Virus record (IMG/VR): IMGVR_UViG_3300036987_000539
Span: 1 to 44,602 of that record
Reading direction: 5' to 3' (one strand)
Length of the DNA: 44,602 nucleotides
Source of the DNA: a virus
Lineage: Duplodnaviria > Caudoviricetes
Below the pieces are notes generated by a model. The model had not been told where the DNA came from. It saw only the letters and a program-made list of their open reading frames with translations, and made no database searches. Within the stretch, counting starts at the first letter, position 1, and the number at the start of each line of letters is the position of its first letter. The position numbers and the translations under genes were made by a program. This document shows, one piece after another, positions 8,143 through 16,631 of this stretch.

Positions 8143-8958
8143 ATGGAAAACAAGCCCTTGGAAACCGGCGAAGCGATGCTGGTGCAAAACGACCTGCCCG
8201 CCACGTACCCGCTGGAAGGCGACGCGATGCGCTTTCTGTACGAGCTGGGCTGCAAGAGCCGCGACTACACCGTGCGGCAGATCAACGGCGCGACCTATGT
8301 GAACACCCTAGGGCTGGAGCGTATCGCCCCCTATGAGCAGCCTGACCCGCGCGAGCTCAAGGGCATCTTTACGCTTACCGGCCTGGTCGAGTACCTGAAA
8401 GCGGACGTGGACGCGCACTTTGCCCGCTATGACCACCTGCATCTGATCGTGACCGACCCCACCCGCGTGGAGGTTTGGACGCCCGTGCACGGCGAGGAGC
8501 GCAGCCGCGCGTTGCTGGCGGTGTGCACGTTTGAGCGCCCGCGGATGATGCTCAACGACTACATGGATCAGGAACGCTTCAGCGTGATGGTGCAGACCCA
8601 CTTTGACGACGGCGAGAACCGCGCTAACGTGCTGCGGATCGCCGGAAACATCCGTATGCAGGCGGAAGCGGAACTGGCCGACGATGGCGTGACCCAAAAG
8701 GTGACCGTGAAGGACGGCATCACGCTGATCAACGACATGCAGATCATCAACCCCGTGCTGCTGGCCCCGCACCGCATTTTCCCCGAGATCGAGCAACCCA
8801 GCAGCCCGTTCATCCTGCGCGTGCGCAAGGGCACGGGCGGCGCGGAGATTGCTCTGTTTGAAGCGGACAGCGCCGCCTGGAAGGTGGACGCGGTGCGCAT
8901 GATCGGCGGCTGGCTGCGCGATATGCTGGCGGACGTGCCGGTTGTGGTGATTGCCTGA
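8143..8958 (+). CDS. Conserved phage early protein, partner of upstream gene
   Basis: DDGVTQKVTVKDG...NPVLLAPHRIFPEIEQPSSPFILR...ALFEADSAAWK motifs. Confidence 0.75.
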   Translation: MENKPLETGEAMLVQNDLPATYPLEGDAMRFLYELGCKSRDYTVRQINGATYVNTLGLERIAPYEQPDPRELKGIFTLTGLVEYLKADVDAHFARYDHLHLIVTDPTRVEVWTPVHGEERSRALLAVCTFERPRMMLNDYMDQERFSVMVQTHFDDGENRANVLRIAGNIRMQAEAELADDGVTQKVTVKDGITLINDMQIINPVLLAPHRIFPEIEQPSSPFILRVRKGTGGAEIALFEADSAAWKVDAVRMIGGWLRDMLADVPVVVIA

Positions 8959-8992
8959 CCCAATACCCCGCGCGGGCTGTGGCCCGCGCCCT

Positions 8993-9067
8993 GCGGCGGT
9001 AGCGCAACGGCAGCGCGCCGGAATTATCCCTTCGGAAGTGCAGGTTCGACCCCTGCCCGCCGCTCCA
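8993..9067 (+). tRNA. tRNA-like gene with aberrant 8-nt anticodon loop (identity undetermined)
   Basis: Full cloverleaf: GCGGCGG/CCGCCGC, D-stem GCGC/GCGC, AC stem CCGGA/TTCGG around ATTATCCC, T-arm GCAGG-TTCGACC-CCTGC, U73-CCA. Confidence 0.8.
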
Positions 9068-9107
9068 ATTGGGAACCCGAACGACCATTCATGAAGGGAG
9101 CGAGACC

Positions 9108-10178
9108 ATGAACGAACAGCCCGCCACCGCCATCCGCGCGCAGGAAACCCCGCCTACCGATGCACCCGCCCAAACCCCAGCCATGAGCCCGACCGTGGAC
9201 TTTGACTTGATCCGCATGGAGGATATGCCCACCAGCATCCGCGTTTGCGAGCAGAACATCCAGCTGAACGGCTGGCTGCTGGGCGGGATGCTGATCAGCG
9301 CCAAAAAGCGCCTGCCGCACGGGGCCTTCATGGACTGGTTGAAAGCGCACACCGACCTGAGCCAAACCACGGCCAACAACCTGATGAATCTGCACACCGG
9401 CGTACAGGAAACCCCGTTTCTGGCGGAGATGAAGCAAAGCGCCGCGGTGATGCTGCTGGCGCTTTCCCCCGCGCAACGGGAGAAATACGCCGCGGAGCAC
9501 GACGTGCAGGCCATGAGCGTGCGGCAGCTGCGTGAAGATATGGAGCGGCTGCAACAGGAAGCCGCCGACACAAGGGATGCGCTGGCCAAGGCGCAGGCTG
9601 CCCACAGGGAAAACCTTGAGCGGATCACCGCCGATGCGGAAGCCGCCATCGCCTCCAAGGCGCAGGAGGCCACCAACGCGCAGCGCGTCGCGAACAACGC
9701 CAACGGGCTGTATGAGAAGTTAAACGACCAGTATGCCGAGGCGCAGGAGCGGATCGCCTCGCTGGAACGCTCGCTTGCCGATACGCCGACGACCATCACC
9801 ACGCTGGAGGTGGAGCGGATAGTGGAAGTGCTGCCGCCCGACTATGAACAACTGCAAGCCGACCTGCGCGAAGCAAATGAAACTGCCGACCGCATGGAGG
9901 CCGACCTGCGCAAAGCGCGGGCCGATCTGCTGCGCGAATCCGCGCAGGAAAAAGGGGACAGTGGCGGCCTGGCCGGTTTCAAGCAGGCTGCTGCTGATTT
10001 TTTGGCGCGCGGCTACCTGCTGACCACGCTGGGGGTGAGCACGGGGCTGGCGGATGAAGGCGAACGGGGCGAACACCTGCGCTGCATCCAAGCGGTGGAG
10101 GAGCTGTGCACCAAAGCGCGCAAGGCCATCCAAGGCGCGCCGCTCACGTACCCCGCCGCTGATGCACATGTGGAGTAA
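9108..10178 (+). CDS. DUF3102-domain coiled-coil protein
   Basis: GGMLISAKKRLPHGAFMDWLKAHTDLSQTTANNLMNL motif; long coiled coil. Confidence 0.8.
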   Translation: MNEQPATAIRAQETPPTDAPAQTPAMSPTVDFDLIRMEDMPTSIRVCEQNIQLNGWLLGGMLISAKKRLPHGAFMDWLKAHTDLSQTTANNLMNLHTGVQETPFLAEMKQSAAVMLLALSPAQREKYAAEHDVQAMSVRQLREDMERLQQEAADTRDALAKAQAAHRENLERITADAEAAIASKAQEATNAQRVANNANGLYEKLNDQYAEAQERIASLERSLADTPTTITTLEVERIVEVLPPDYEQLQADLREANETADRMEADLRKARADLLRESAQEKGDSGGLAGFKQAAADFLARGYLLTTLGVSTGLADEGERGEHLRCIQAVEELCTKARKAIQGAPLTYPAADAHVE

Positions 10179-10232
10179 GGGGATGACTTCCCCTTGGCGC
10201 GTACCCCCACGCCGGATAGGAGGCCATAGACC

Positions 10233-10670
10233 ATGACGGATGAGAAGGGCATGATCCCCGCGCAGGTGCCGGAGCAAAGCGCGCTGGCGGCACTCCAGCA
10301 ACAGAACGCCGCGGCCATGCAGGTAATGCTTGCGGAATTCGCGCGGATGCTGGCGGCGCTGGACGAGCAGAACCGCAGGTTACAAAAAATCATCGAAAGC
10401 CGCGTGACCATCACCACCGCGCAGGCGCGGATGCTGAGCCGCGCCATTGGCGAGCGTGCCGCCGTTCTGTGCGATGAGAACCGCCTGCCCTATGCCGCGT
10501 GCGGCAGGCGGCTGCGGGAGGCCATCAGCCGCGAGCTGAAAGCGGGCTTCACCGTGGCGGCGGTGGGCGACATCCCCGCCGTGTCGCTGGCGGCGGCGGT
10601 TTCCTTCGTGCGGGCATGGAGCAGCTTCAAGCTGGTGCGCGAGCTGCGCCGGAAGTACCCGCCCGCCTGA
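10233..10670 (+). CDS. ORF6C-domain protein
   Basis: ITTAQARMLSRAI...RELKAGFTVAAVGDIP...AAVSFVRAW. Confidence 0.7.
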   Translation: MTDEKGMIPAQVPEQSALAALQQQNAAAMQVMLAEFARMLAALDEQNRRLQKIIESRVTITTAQARMLSRAIGERAAVLCDENRLPYAACGRRLREAISRELKAGFTVAAVGDIPAVSLAAAVSFVRAWSSFKLVRELRRKYPPA

Positions 10671-10698
10671 CCACCACGCGCAAAGGAGGATACCGCCC

Positions 10699-12084
10699 AT
10701 GGATACGGCAGAACTTGCCCGCTTTGCCCCACCTCACAGCGAGGAAGCGGAACGCAGCGTGCTGGGCGCGCTTTTGCAGGACGCGGGCGTTGCCGCCACG
10801 GTGTTTGACACGCTTGCCGCGGACGACTTCTACAAGCCGGAACACCGCGAGGTGTTCGAGGCCATGCGGGCGCTGCACGTCGCGGGCACGCCCATTGACA
10901 TGATGACCGCCGCCGATATGCTTTCGCGGCGCGGCACGCTGGCGGGCGTGGGCGGCACCGCCGCGCTGATCGCCATGTACCGCTTTGTGCCCACCACGGC
11001 CAACACGGCCAGCTATGTGAAGATCGTGCGTGAAAAGGGGATGCTTCGCAAGCTGATCAGCGCCTGCAGGCGGATCGAGGAGCAGTGCGCGGGCGCGCAG
11101 GAAGAACCCGAAACCATCCTGCGCAATGCTGAGCGCGCCTTGATGGAGCTGGCTGCCGCAGGCAGCGGCGGCGATGCGCTGCAACCGCTGGACGCGGTGC
11201 TGATGCGCACCTTCGACAAGGTGGAGGAGATGAGCCGCCTGCGCGGCAGGCTGGCGGGCGTGCCAACCGGCCTGTATGACCTTGACCGGATGCTGACTGG
11301 CCTGCACGGGGGCGAGCTGGTGATCGTGGGCGCGCGCCCAGGCATGGGCAAAACATCGCTGGCGCTGGGCGTGTCGCTGTTTGCGGCCATGCACACGCAC
11401 AAGCGGATCGCCGTTTTCAGCATGGAAATGCCGCGCGAGCAAATCGGCCTGCGCATTCTGTGCGGGGCGGCGGGCATCAACATGCAGCGGATCAGCGGCG
11501 GGATGCTGAGCGATGCGGACTGGGTGCGGATCGGCGATTGTTTGAACCAGCTGAGCAGCTGCCACATCCACATCGACGATACCCCAGGCCTGACCCCGTC
11601 GCAGGTGCGCAGCCGCGCCCGCAGGCTGATGCTGGAGCATGGCCTTGACCTGATTGTGGTGGATTACCTTGGCCTGATGGCCAGTGACCGGCGCGCGGAA
11701 AACCGGCAGGTGGAGGTGAGCGACATCAGCCGTGCGCTAAAGGCCATCGCGCTGGAGCTGCGGGTGCCGCTGCTGGCTTGCTCGCAGCTGGCGCGCGCCA
11801 ACGTGGCCCGCGCGGACAAGCGCCCGATGCTTAGCGACCTGCGCGACAGCGGCAGCATCGAGCAGGATGCGGATGTGGTGCTGTTTCTCCACCGCGAGGG
11901 CTACTACCAGAGCGCCGCGCAGGGTGGCGCGGATGGCGCGGGCACATCCGGCGAGATCATCGTGGCCAAGCAGCGCAACGGGCCGGTGGGCACGGTGGAG
12001 GTGGACTGGCAGCCCGAGTTTGCCCGATATGTGAACCGGTCCGGCACGCGGGTGCCGCAGTATGTGGACGCGCTGGGCGCGTGA
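10699..12084 (+). CDS. dnaB: Replicative DNA helicase, DnaB family
   Basis: PPHSEEAERSVLG, GARPGMGKT, IVVDYLGL, SQLAR, LSDLRDSGSIEQDADVV, AKQRNGPVG. Confidence 0.97.
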   Translation: MDTAELARFAPPHSEEAERSVLGALLQDAGVAATVFDTLAADDFYKPEHREVFEAMRALHVAGTPIDMMTAADMLSRRGTLAGVGGTAALIAMYRFVPTTANTASYVKIVREKGMLRKLISACRRIEEQCAGAQEEPETILRNAERALMELAAAGSGGDALQPLDAVLMRTFDKVEEMSRLRGRLAGVPTGLYDLDRMLTGLHGGELVIVGARPGMGKTSLALGVSLFAAMHTHKRIAVFSMEMPREQIGLRILCGAAGINMQRISGGMLSDADWVRIGDCLNQLSSCHIHIDDTPGLTPSQVRSRARRLMLEHGLDLIVVDYLGLMASDRRAENRQVEVSDISRALKAIALELRVPLLACSQLARANVARADKRPMLSDLRDSGSIEQDADVVLFLHREGYYQSAAQGGADGAGTSGEIIVAKQRNGPVGTVEVDWQPEFARYVNRSGTRVPQYVDALGA

Positions 12085-12097
12085 AAGGAGCATGGCG

Positions 12098-12580
12098 ATG
12101 CTGACCGCAGGTGAAAAGGTGATCGTATGGGACCCCGACATTCACGACATGTACACCGCCGAGGCAGCGCAGGTGGAAACCGACGAGCTGCGCGTGAACC
12201 CGCTGGTGCGGATCGTGAGTCTGATCTGCTACCCGATGCAGCACGCGGTGATGGCACCGGATTATGCCAGCGAGAACACGCCCATCCCCAAGGGCACGGT
12301 GTGCAGGCTGAAGCTGATCTGCCGCGGGTGGCTGTGCTTTGATCAGGATTATGGCGCGGCGCTGACGGACGCGCGCCAGCAGATGCTGGACAGCATCCTG
12401 AAGCGGATCGACAAAAACGGCAACCGCCTGACCAACGTGACCACCGCCGCCGCCCGCGCCGAGGCGGAAATCCTGCTGCGACACGAAAAGGGCAAGTACG
12501 CGCCGCGCACGCTCATGGGGCCGGATGGGGCGTTTGTGCTGCGGGTGGCGCAGGGCCTGCAGGAGGTGGCGGGCGGCTGA
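12098..12580 (+). CDS. Hypothetical protein
   Basis: AAGGAG RBS, phage codon usage, fills operon. Confidence 0.65.
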   Translation: MLTAGEKVIVWDPDIHDMYTAEAAQVETDELRVNPLVRIVSLICYPMQHAVMAPDYASENTPIPKGTVCRLKLICRGWLCFDQDYGAALTDARQQMLDSILKRIDKNGNRLTNVTTAAARAEAEILLRHEKGKYAPRTLMGPDGAFVLRVAQGLQEVAGG

Positions 12581-12609
12581 CCGTGGCACCCCACAACGCT
12601 TGAAAGGGC

Positions 12610-13368
12610 ATGGTTTATATGTACGTCAACTACATCACCGAGCGGGAGTCATTTGCCCGACATGCAAGGGACAACGGATACACTGGAAACGAACAGTTGC
12701 TCTGGTATGCCCTGTTCACGATCATGAATGAACGCGCAAGCCGGAACGGTTTCGTTTGGTCAGACGGGTTTGTCCGCATAGCGAATAAAGAAATCCTCTC
12801 GTGGGTGCCGTTTTCGGAAAACACACTGTTGCAGGTGCGCGCCGACATGATCAACCCCGCCAAGCACAACCCGCCGCTGTTTGAGTATTTGAAAGGCAAG
12901 CGCAACGCGGACATGCCGCAGTACAAAATGCGCTACTTCACCCCGCTGGTGGAAAACGCGGAAAGTTACCGCAATTCTAGGGGTAACACAGGGGGCAACG
13001 CAGGGGGCAACCCATGGGGTAACACAGGGGGCAACGCAGGGGGCAGCATGGGGGATATTACGGTAAATATAAACCAGACGAATCAGCAAGCCGTACTCGA
13101 TACGGGTAAAAAAATCTACTACAACCAGGCTTGGCGCACAGACGCGCGCGCGAGGCACGCCGTGGCTCAGAACATTTTGGACACGCTGGGCTGCACGGGC
13201 ATCAGCGGCAGGGCCAATGAGGATATTTGCTTTTACATCGAGCGGGGCATGTCGCCGGATCAGGTGCTGGTGGCGCTGGACGGCATCAAGGATGCGGCCT
13301 ACGTGAGCGGCTGGCTGCATACCGCGGCGGTGAACATGGGGCTGGAGGAGGAAAACGACTGTGTCTAA
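12610..13368 (+). CDS. Putative replication initiator with internal iterons
   Basis: N-terminal LLWYALFTIMN...W...F wHTH-like segment; internal GGN repeats. Confidence 0.7.
   Translation: MVYMYVNYITERESFARHARDNGYTGNEQLLWYALFTIMNERASRNGFVWSDGFVRIANKEILSWVPFSENTLLQVRADMINPAKHNPPLFEYLKGKRNADMPQYKMRYFTPLVENAESYRNSRGNTGGNAGGNPWGNTGGNAGGSMGDITVNINQTNQQAVLDTGKKIYYNQAWRTDARARHAVAQNILDTLGCTGISGRANEDICFYIERGMSPDQVLVALDGIKDAAYVSGWLHTAAVNMGLEEENDCV
12979..13055 (+). repeat. 12-bp-period iteron array, probable origin of replication
   Basis: About six units of aGGGG(t/gc)AACnC, followed by an AT-richer tract. Confidence 0.7.
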
Positions 13369-13867
13369 ACCGCTGGACAGGGGCACCTACCGGCTGATTG
13401 AGTGGCACCTGCACCGTGAAGCTTTGATGCGCGACATCATCCGCCAGCACGAGCAGGACGTGCTGCACGCTTCGGGCGGGGTGGATTTCGCCCAGCCCAT
13501 GGCGCGCAGCATCGGCACCACGGGCGACCCCGTCAGCCGAAAGGCGCTGAAACTTGTGGACGGCACGCCGGAAGTGAACCGCGCCCGCCGCTGGCTGCGC
13601 GTGGTCGAGCGCACGCGCACATGGTTTGCGGACGCTACCGAGGGCAAGCTGTTTGCGCTCTTTTACGGCCAAACGGCGGGCATCGACTTGGTGGCGGCGG
13701 CCATGGGCACCGACAGGCGGCGCGTGGAGCGCCTGCGCGACAACGTGGTATACCGCGCGGCAATGTACGCGCTGGACGAGCGGCTCTACCGCATGAGCGA
13801 ACCGCAGGGGGAAAGGGGTGAGGCGATTGAAACGGCTGGTCGCGCGATGCACCATGTGCCCCAGTGA
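13361..13867 (+). CDS. RinA/ArpU-like late transcriptional activator
   Basis: YRLIEWHL...TGDPVSRKALKL...W..VVE...C-terminal HTH-like; position at end of early region. Confidence 0.65.
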   Translation: MSKPLDRGTYRLIEWHLHREALMRDIIRQHEQDVLHASGGVDFAQPMARSIGTTGDPVSRKALKLVDGTPEVNRARRWLRVVERTRTWFADATEGKLFALFYGQTAGIDLVAAAMGTDRRRVERLRDNVVYRAAMYALDERLYRMSEPQGERGEAIETAGRAMHHVPQ

Positions 13868-14213
13868 GGCAGGCAGCCGCAGCACCCGCTGCACGCTGCT
13901 GAACGCCGATCCGGTCACGGACGAACACTTCCCCTGCCGCTTCGTGATGGTGTTTTTAGCGGGCAGGCGCTGCGTGAAGGTGCGTAAAAGCCCGATGCGG
14001 GATCGCTATAAGGCATACTACCGCCAAGGGGCAGGGCCATGGCAGCCGGTGCGATCCAGCCACCTGCCGTGGCGGGCGACATTCGACGAGGCGCAAACGG
14101 CGCTCAATTTTTACGCTGCTGCACAAGGCTGGGTGCCCATCTGGCCGATGACGGCGGCCTGCGAGGGCGAGCCCGTGGCCGGTGATGAATCCAAGGGAGG
14201 GAGCAGGGCATGA
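13818..14213 (+). CDS. Hypothetical protein
   Basis: ORF in operon overlapping neighbours; start uncertain. Confidence 0.5.
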   Translation: MRRLKRLVARCTMCPSEAGSRSTRCTLLNADPVTDEHFPCRFVMVFLAGRRCVKVRKSPMRDRYKAYYRQGAGPWQPVRSSHLPWRATFDEAQTALNFYAAAQGWVPIWPMTAACEGEPVAGDESKGGSRA

Positions 14214-14695
14214 ACACACGCAGGATGTTGGCGGCATTGCTGGCCTGCCTGATGCTGGCCGCGCCTGCGGCGCTGGCCGACGAGCGCGCCGCCTATGTGC
14301 TGGTGGAGGTGGGCAGCGTGCTGAACGTGCGCACGCACCCACGCCTGAAGGCCGAGGTGCTCTTCGTGATGGAGCGGGGCGAAGCCCTGATCGTGGACGA
14401 TGTACGGCAGGACGGCTGGGCTGAGGTAAGCCGCGCGGGCGACTTTGGCTACTGCCGGATCGAGTACCTGAGCGATGAGCCGCCCGCGGACCCGCAGCCC
14501 TACACCACCACGGCGGGCAAGCTGCGCCTGCGCCAGCTGCCCAACGGGGACACGGTGCGCAAGCTCGGCAAGGGCAAACAGGTGATGGTAACCGGCTGGT
14601 TCACCGATGCGGACGGGGTGCAATGGGCCAAGGTGGACGGTGGGTATATCGATGCGGACTACCTGACGCCGGAAACGCTGAACGGAGGGACATGA
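14210..14695 (+). CDS. Secreted tandem SH3b-domain protein
   Basis: Signal peptide ending ALA-D; LNVRTHP...GWAEV...GY and LRLRQLPNG...WAKVDGGYI repeats. Confidence 0.8.
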   Translation: MNTRRMLAALLACLMLAAPAALADERAAYVLVEVGSVLNVRTHPRLKAEVLFVMERGEALIVDDVRQDGWAEVSRAGDFGYCRIEYLSDEPPADPQPYTTTAGKLRLRQLPNGDTVRKLGKGKQVMVTGWFTDADGVQWAKVDGGYIDADYLTPETLNGGT

Positions 14696-14967
14696 AGGTG
14701 GATACAATCACGCTGCGCGATTACCTGCAAGCGCTGCCCAAGGCGCAACGCGGCAGGGTGTTCGCCCGCCACATGGCGGCGTATGAGGCGAAGCTTGAAG
14801 CCGCCCATGTGCCGCTACAATTCATCCACACCATCGGGCTTGGCATCCGGCGCAATACGCTGCTTTGCAAGTCGGTTGAAACCGCAGGCCGTAACGATTG
14901 CGTGCTCGACTACGGTGACATGGACGAGGATGAGATCGTTAGGCGCTACGAGAACAGCATACAATAG
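14692..14967 (+). CDS. Hypothetical protein
   Basis: ATGA overlap, GGAGG RBS. Confidence 0.6.
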   Translation: MKVDTITLRDYLQALPKAQRGRVFARHMAAYEAKLEAAHVPLQFIHTIGLGIRRNTLLCKSVETAGRNDCVLDYGDMDEDEIVRRYENSIQ

Positions 14968-14979
14968 GAAGGTTTGTTT

Positions 14980-15011
14980 GCCGCTGCCCTGACGGGTGCG
15001 GCTCTCTTTTT
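14980..15011 (+). terminator. Intrinsic terminator ending the early operon
   Basis: gccgc..ccc-tgac-ggg.gcggc followed by T-tract. Confidence 0.55.
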
Positions 15012-15034
15012 GGGTTTTGGTGGCTGCGAACCAT

Positions 15035-15064
15035 GCGGCAAATTAACAGACGTTTGGGAATTTG
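15035..15064 (+). repeat. 30-bp dif-like site, copy 1
   Basis: GCGGCAAATTAACAGACGTTTGGGAATTTG; inverted arms CAAATTaaCA/TGggAATTTG around 6-bp GACGTT; identical to 35979-36008. Confidence 0.9.
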
Positions 15065-15065
15065 C

Positions 15066-15185
15066 CCAACCTTACCCGAAAATATGCCCACGGGTAAGAT
15101 GCAGATGCACCAGCCAGAAAACGGCATGGGCAAAGGAATAAGCGGGCAACCCAACCTTACACAGTATAGGCAAAACGGGTAAGCC
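15066..15185 (+). repeat. Two related accessory palindromic sites upstream of the recombinase
   Basis: ccaacCTTACCCG-12-CGGGTAAG at 15066 and ccaacCTTACaCa-12-CGGGTAAG at 15151 (85 bp apart). Confidence 0.75.
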
Positions 15186-15206
15186 AACAGGCGGGAGGCG
15201 TGCAGG

Positions 15207-15779
15207 ATGATCAGCGTGGAACCCATCCGCGACAGGGACAAAATCAAGGAGATCGAAGCGAAGCTTGCGGCGCTTACAACGGACATCGGGCGCAAGCAAT
15301 ACCTGCTGTTTGAAATCGGCATCTACCTTGCGCGCCGGATCAGCGACATGATCGTGATGCGGGTGGGCGACATCCGCGGGCGCGAGGTGTTCATCATCCG
15401 CGAGAAGAAAACCAAGAAGCGGATCGAGCTGCCTATCCCGCAGGAACTGCAAAAGATCGTTCGCCAGCGCCTCAAGGGCATGGCGGACGACGAGTACATC
15501 TTCCAGAGCCGCCAGCGCGACCCCAAGGGGCGCATAACGCACATCAGCCGGAAGACGGCGTATAACTATGTGCAGGCCATCAAGGAGATCGGCGACCTGG
15601 GCTATCCCTTTGCGTGCCATTCGCTCAGGAAAACGTTCGGGTACCATTACTACATGCGCACGCGGGATATCGCCATGCTGATGGATCTGTTTAACCACAG
15701 CAAGGAAAGCATCACGCTGATTTATATTGGGATTGCGATTGATGAGAAGAGACGGGCGCTGATGAAGTGGAAGTACTAG
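15207..15779 (+). CDS. Small (190 aa) tyrosine recombinase, catalytic-domain-only type
   Basis: VEPIRD N-terminus; RISD, EKKT, HSLRKTFGY, FNHS...T..YIG give a complete R-K-H-R-H-Y set. Confidence 0.92.
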   Translation: MISVEPIRDRDKIKEIEAKLAALTTDIGRKQYLLFEIGIYLARRISDMIVMRVGDIRGREVFIIREKKTKKRIELPIPQELQKIVRQRLKGMADDEYIFQSRQRDPKGRITHISRKTAYNYVQAIKEIGDLGYPFACHSLRKTFGYHYYMRTRDIAMLMDLFNHSKESITLIYIGIAIDEKRRALMKWKY

Positions 15780-15877
15780 CAAAAAAGGTCCATCAATAAC
15801 GCAGCGTGATATTTTCCTGTTGTATTAGCTTGAAGCATATGGTATGAATATTCTAAAGATTATCGGAGGTGCTTGTC

Positions 15878-16384
15878 ATGAAAGGCAGCGTATTATGTTC
15901 AGTGGGCGGTTGCCATGAAACCGTTATCGGACAGTGCATTGGATATAGTGAGCCATGCGGGAGCTACTTTTGTGAAGAACATACAAAGGGAGGACTGTGC
16001 CTTTCGTGTGCAACATTGAAAAGTATAGACCAGATAATGAGCGTTTATTCAAAGAATGCACGAAAAATTGATAGTTTCATGAAGAAAGCATTAACAACTT
16101 TGGCAGTATTATTGATTGCGTGCTTCATAATTGTACTCATGACAAATAGTTTCGGCGTATTCGGATTAATTATTGGCATAATCATATCATTGGGAATCAG
16201 TATCATGGCTCTAAGGAAATATAAATCCGATGCAATGAAAAAAATCAAAGAAATAGAATCCGAACACCCTAGATTCTCCGAATTCTATATGGCAAACAGG
16301 AATAAGCAACCTATCCAAATGAGTGAAATCGCAGAAATAATCACCGTAACAGCTATGTATACTCAATTTTTTAAAGAAGAGTAG
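15878..16384 (+). CDS. Moron: Cys/His-rich zinc-finger-like N-terminus plus two TM helices
   Basis: CSVGGC..C..C..FCEEH..CLSC; two hydrophobic helices; very AT-rich; GGAGGT RBS. Confidence 0.75.
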   Translation: MKGSVLCSVGGCHETVIGQCIGYSEPCGSYFCEEHTKGGLCLSCATLKSIDQIMSVYSKNARKIDSFMKKALTTLAVLLIACFIIVLMTNSFGVFGLIIGIIISLGISIMALRKYKSDAMKKIKEIESEHPRFSEFYMANRNKQPIQMSEIAEIITVTAMYTQFFKEE

Positions 16385-16423
16385 TAAGTAATGTGCTGGA
16401 TTTTCAATGATTTCAGGGTCATC

Positions 16424-16500
16424 CAATCCTTTTTCTGCTATATGCTATTCTCGTAAGAGGATTGAGAAAGCGTCCGCCGTTTGGCTGGGCGTTTCTTTGT
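16424..16500 (+). repeat. Degenerate copy of the late promoter/leader hairpin
   Basis: caatcctttt...tatgctattctcgt...agaaagcgtcc(t)gccgtttggctgggcg shared with 17746-17825. Confidence 0.8.
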
Positions 16501-16631
16501 ATACGCATGTTTTTCTACGTTATTTACACCATGACCAGCACATGATACAATACAAAAAAATCGACAAATGTATTTCTCTTCTGCCCGACATCACATGTTC
16601 CCGCTGTGCCATGCTGGAAAGGGTGTTGTTT

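Noticed and set aside
8993-9067. tRNA as an ochre (TTA) suppressor rescuing the TAA in the tape measure gene
   Set aside because: TTA is in the loop but not at positions 34-36; forcing that register breaks the anticodon stem, and TAA is used as a normal stop by many genes here
12979-13055. Repeats as a contingency or variable protein repeat
   Set aside because: Position inside the putative initiator and the 12-bp period fit ordinary origin iterons
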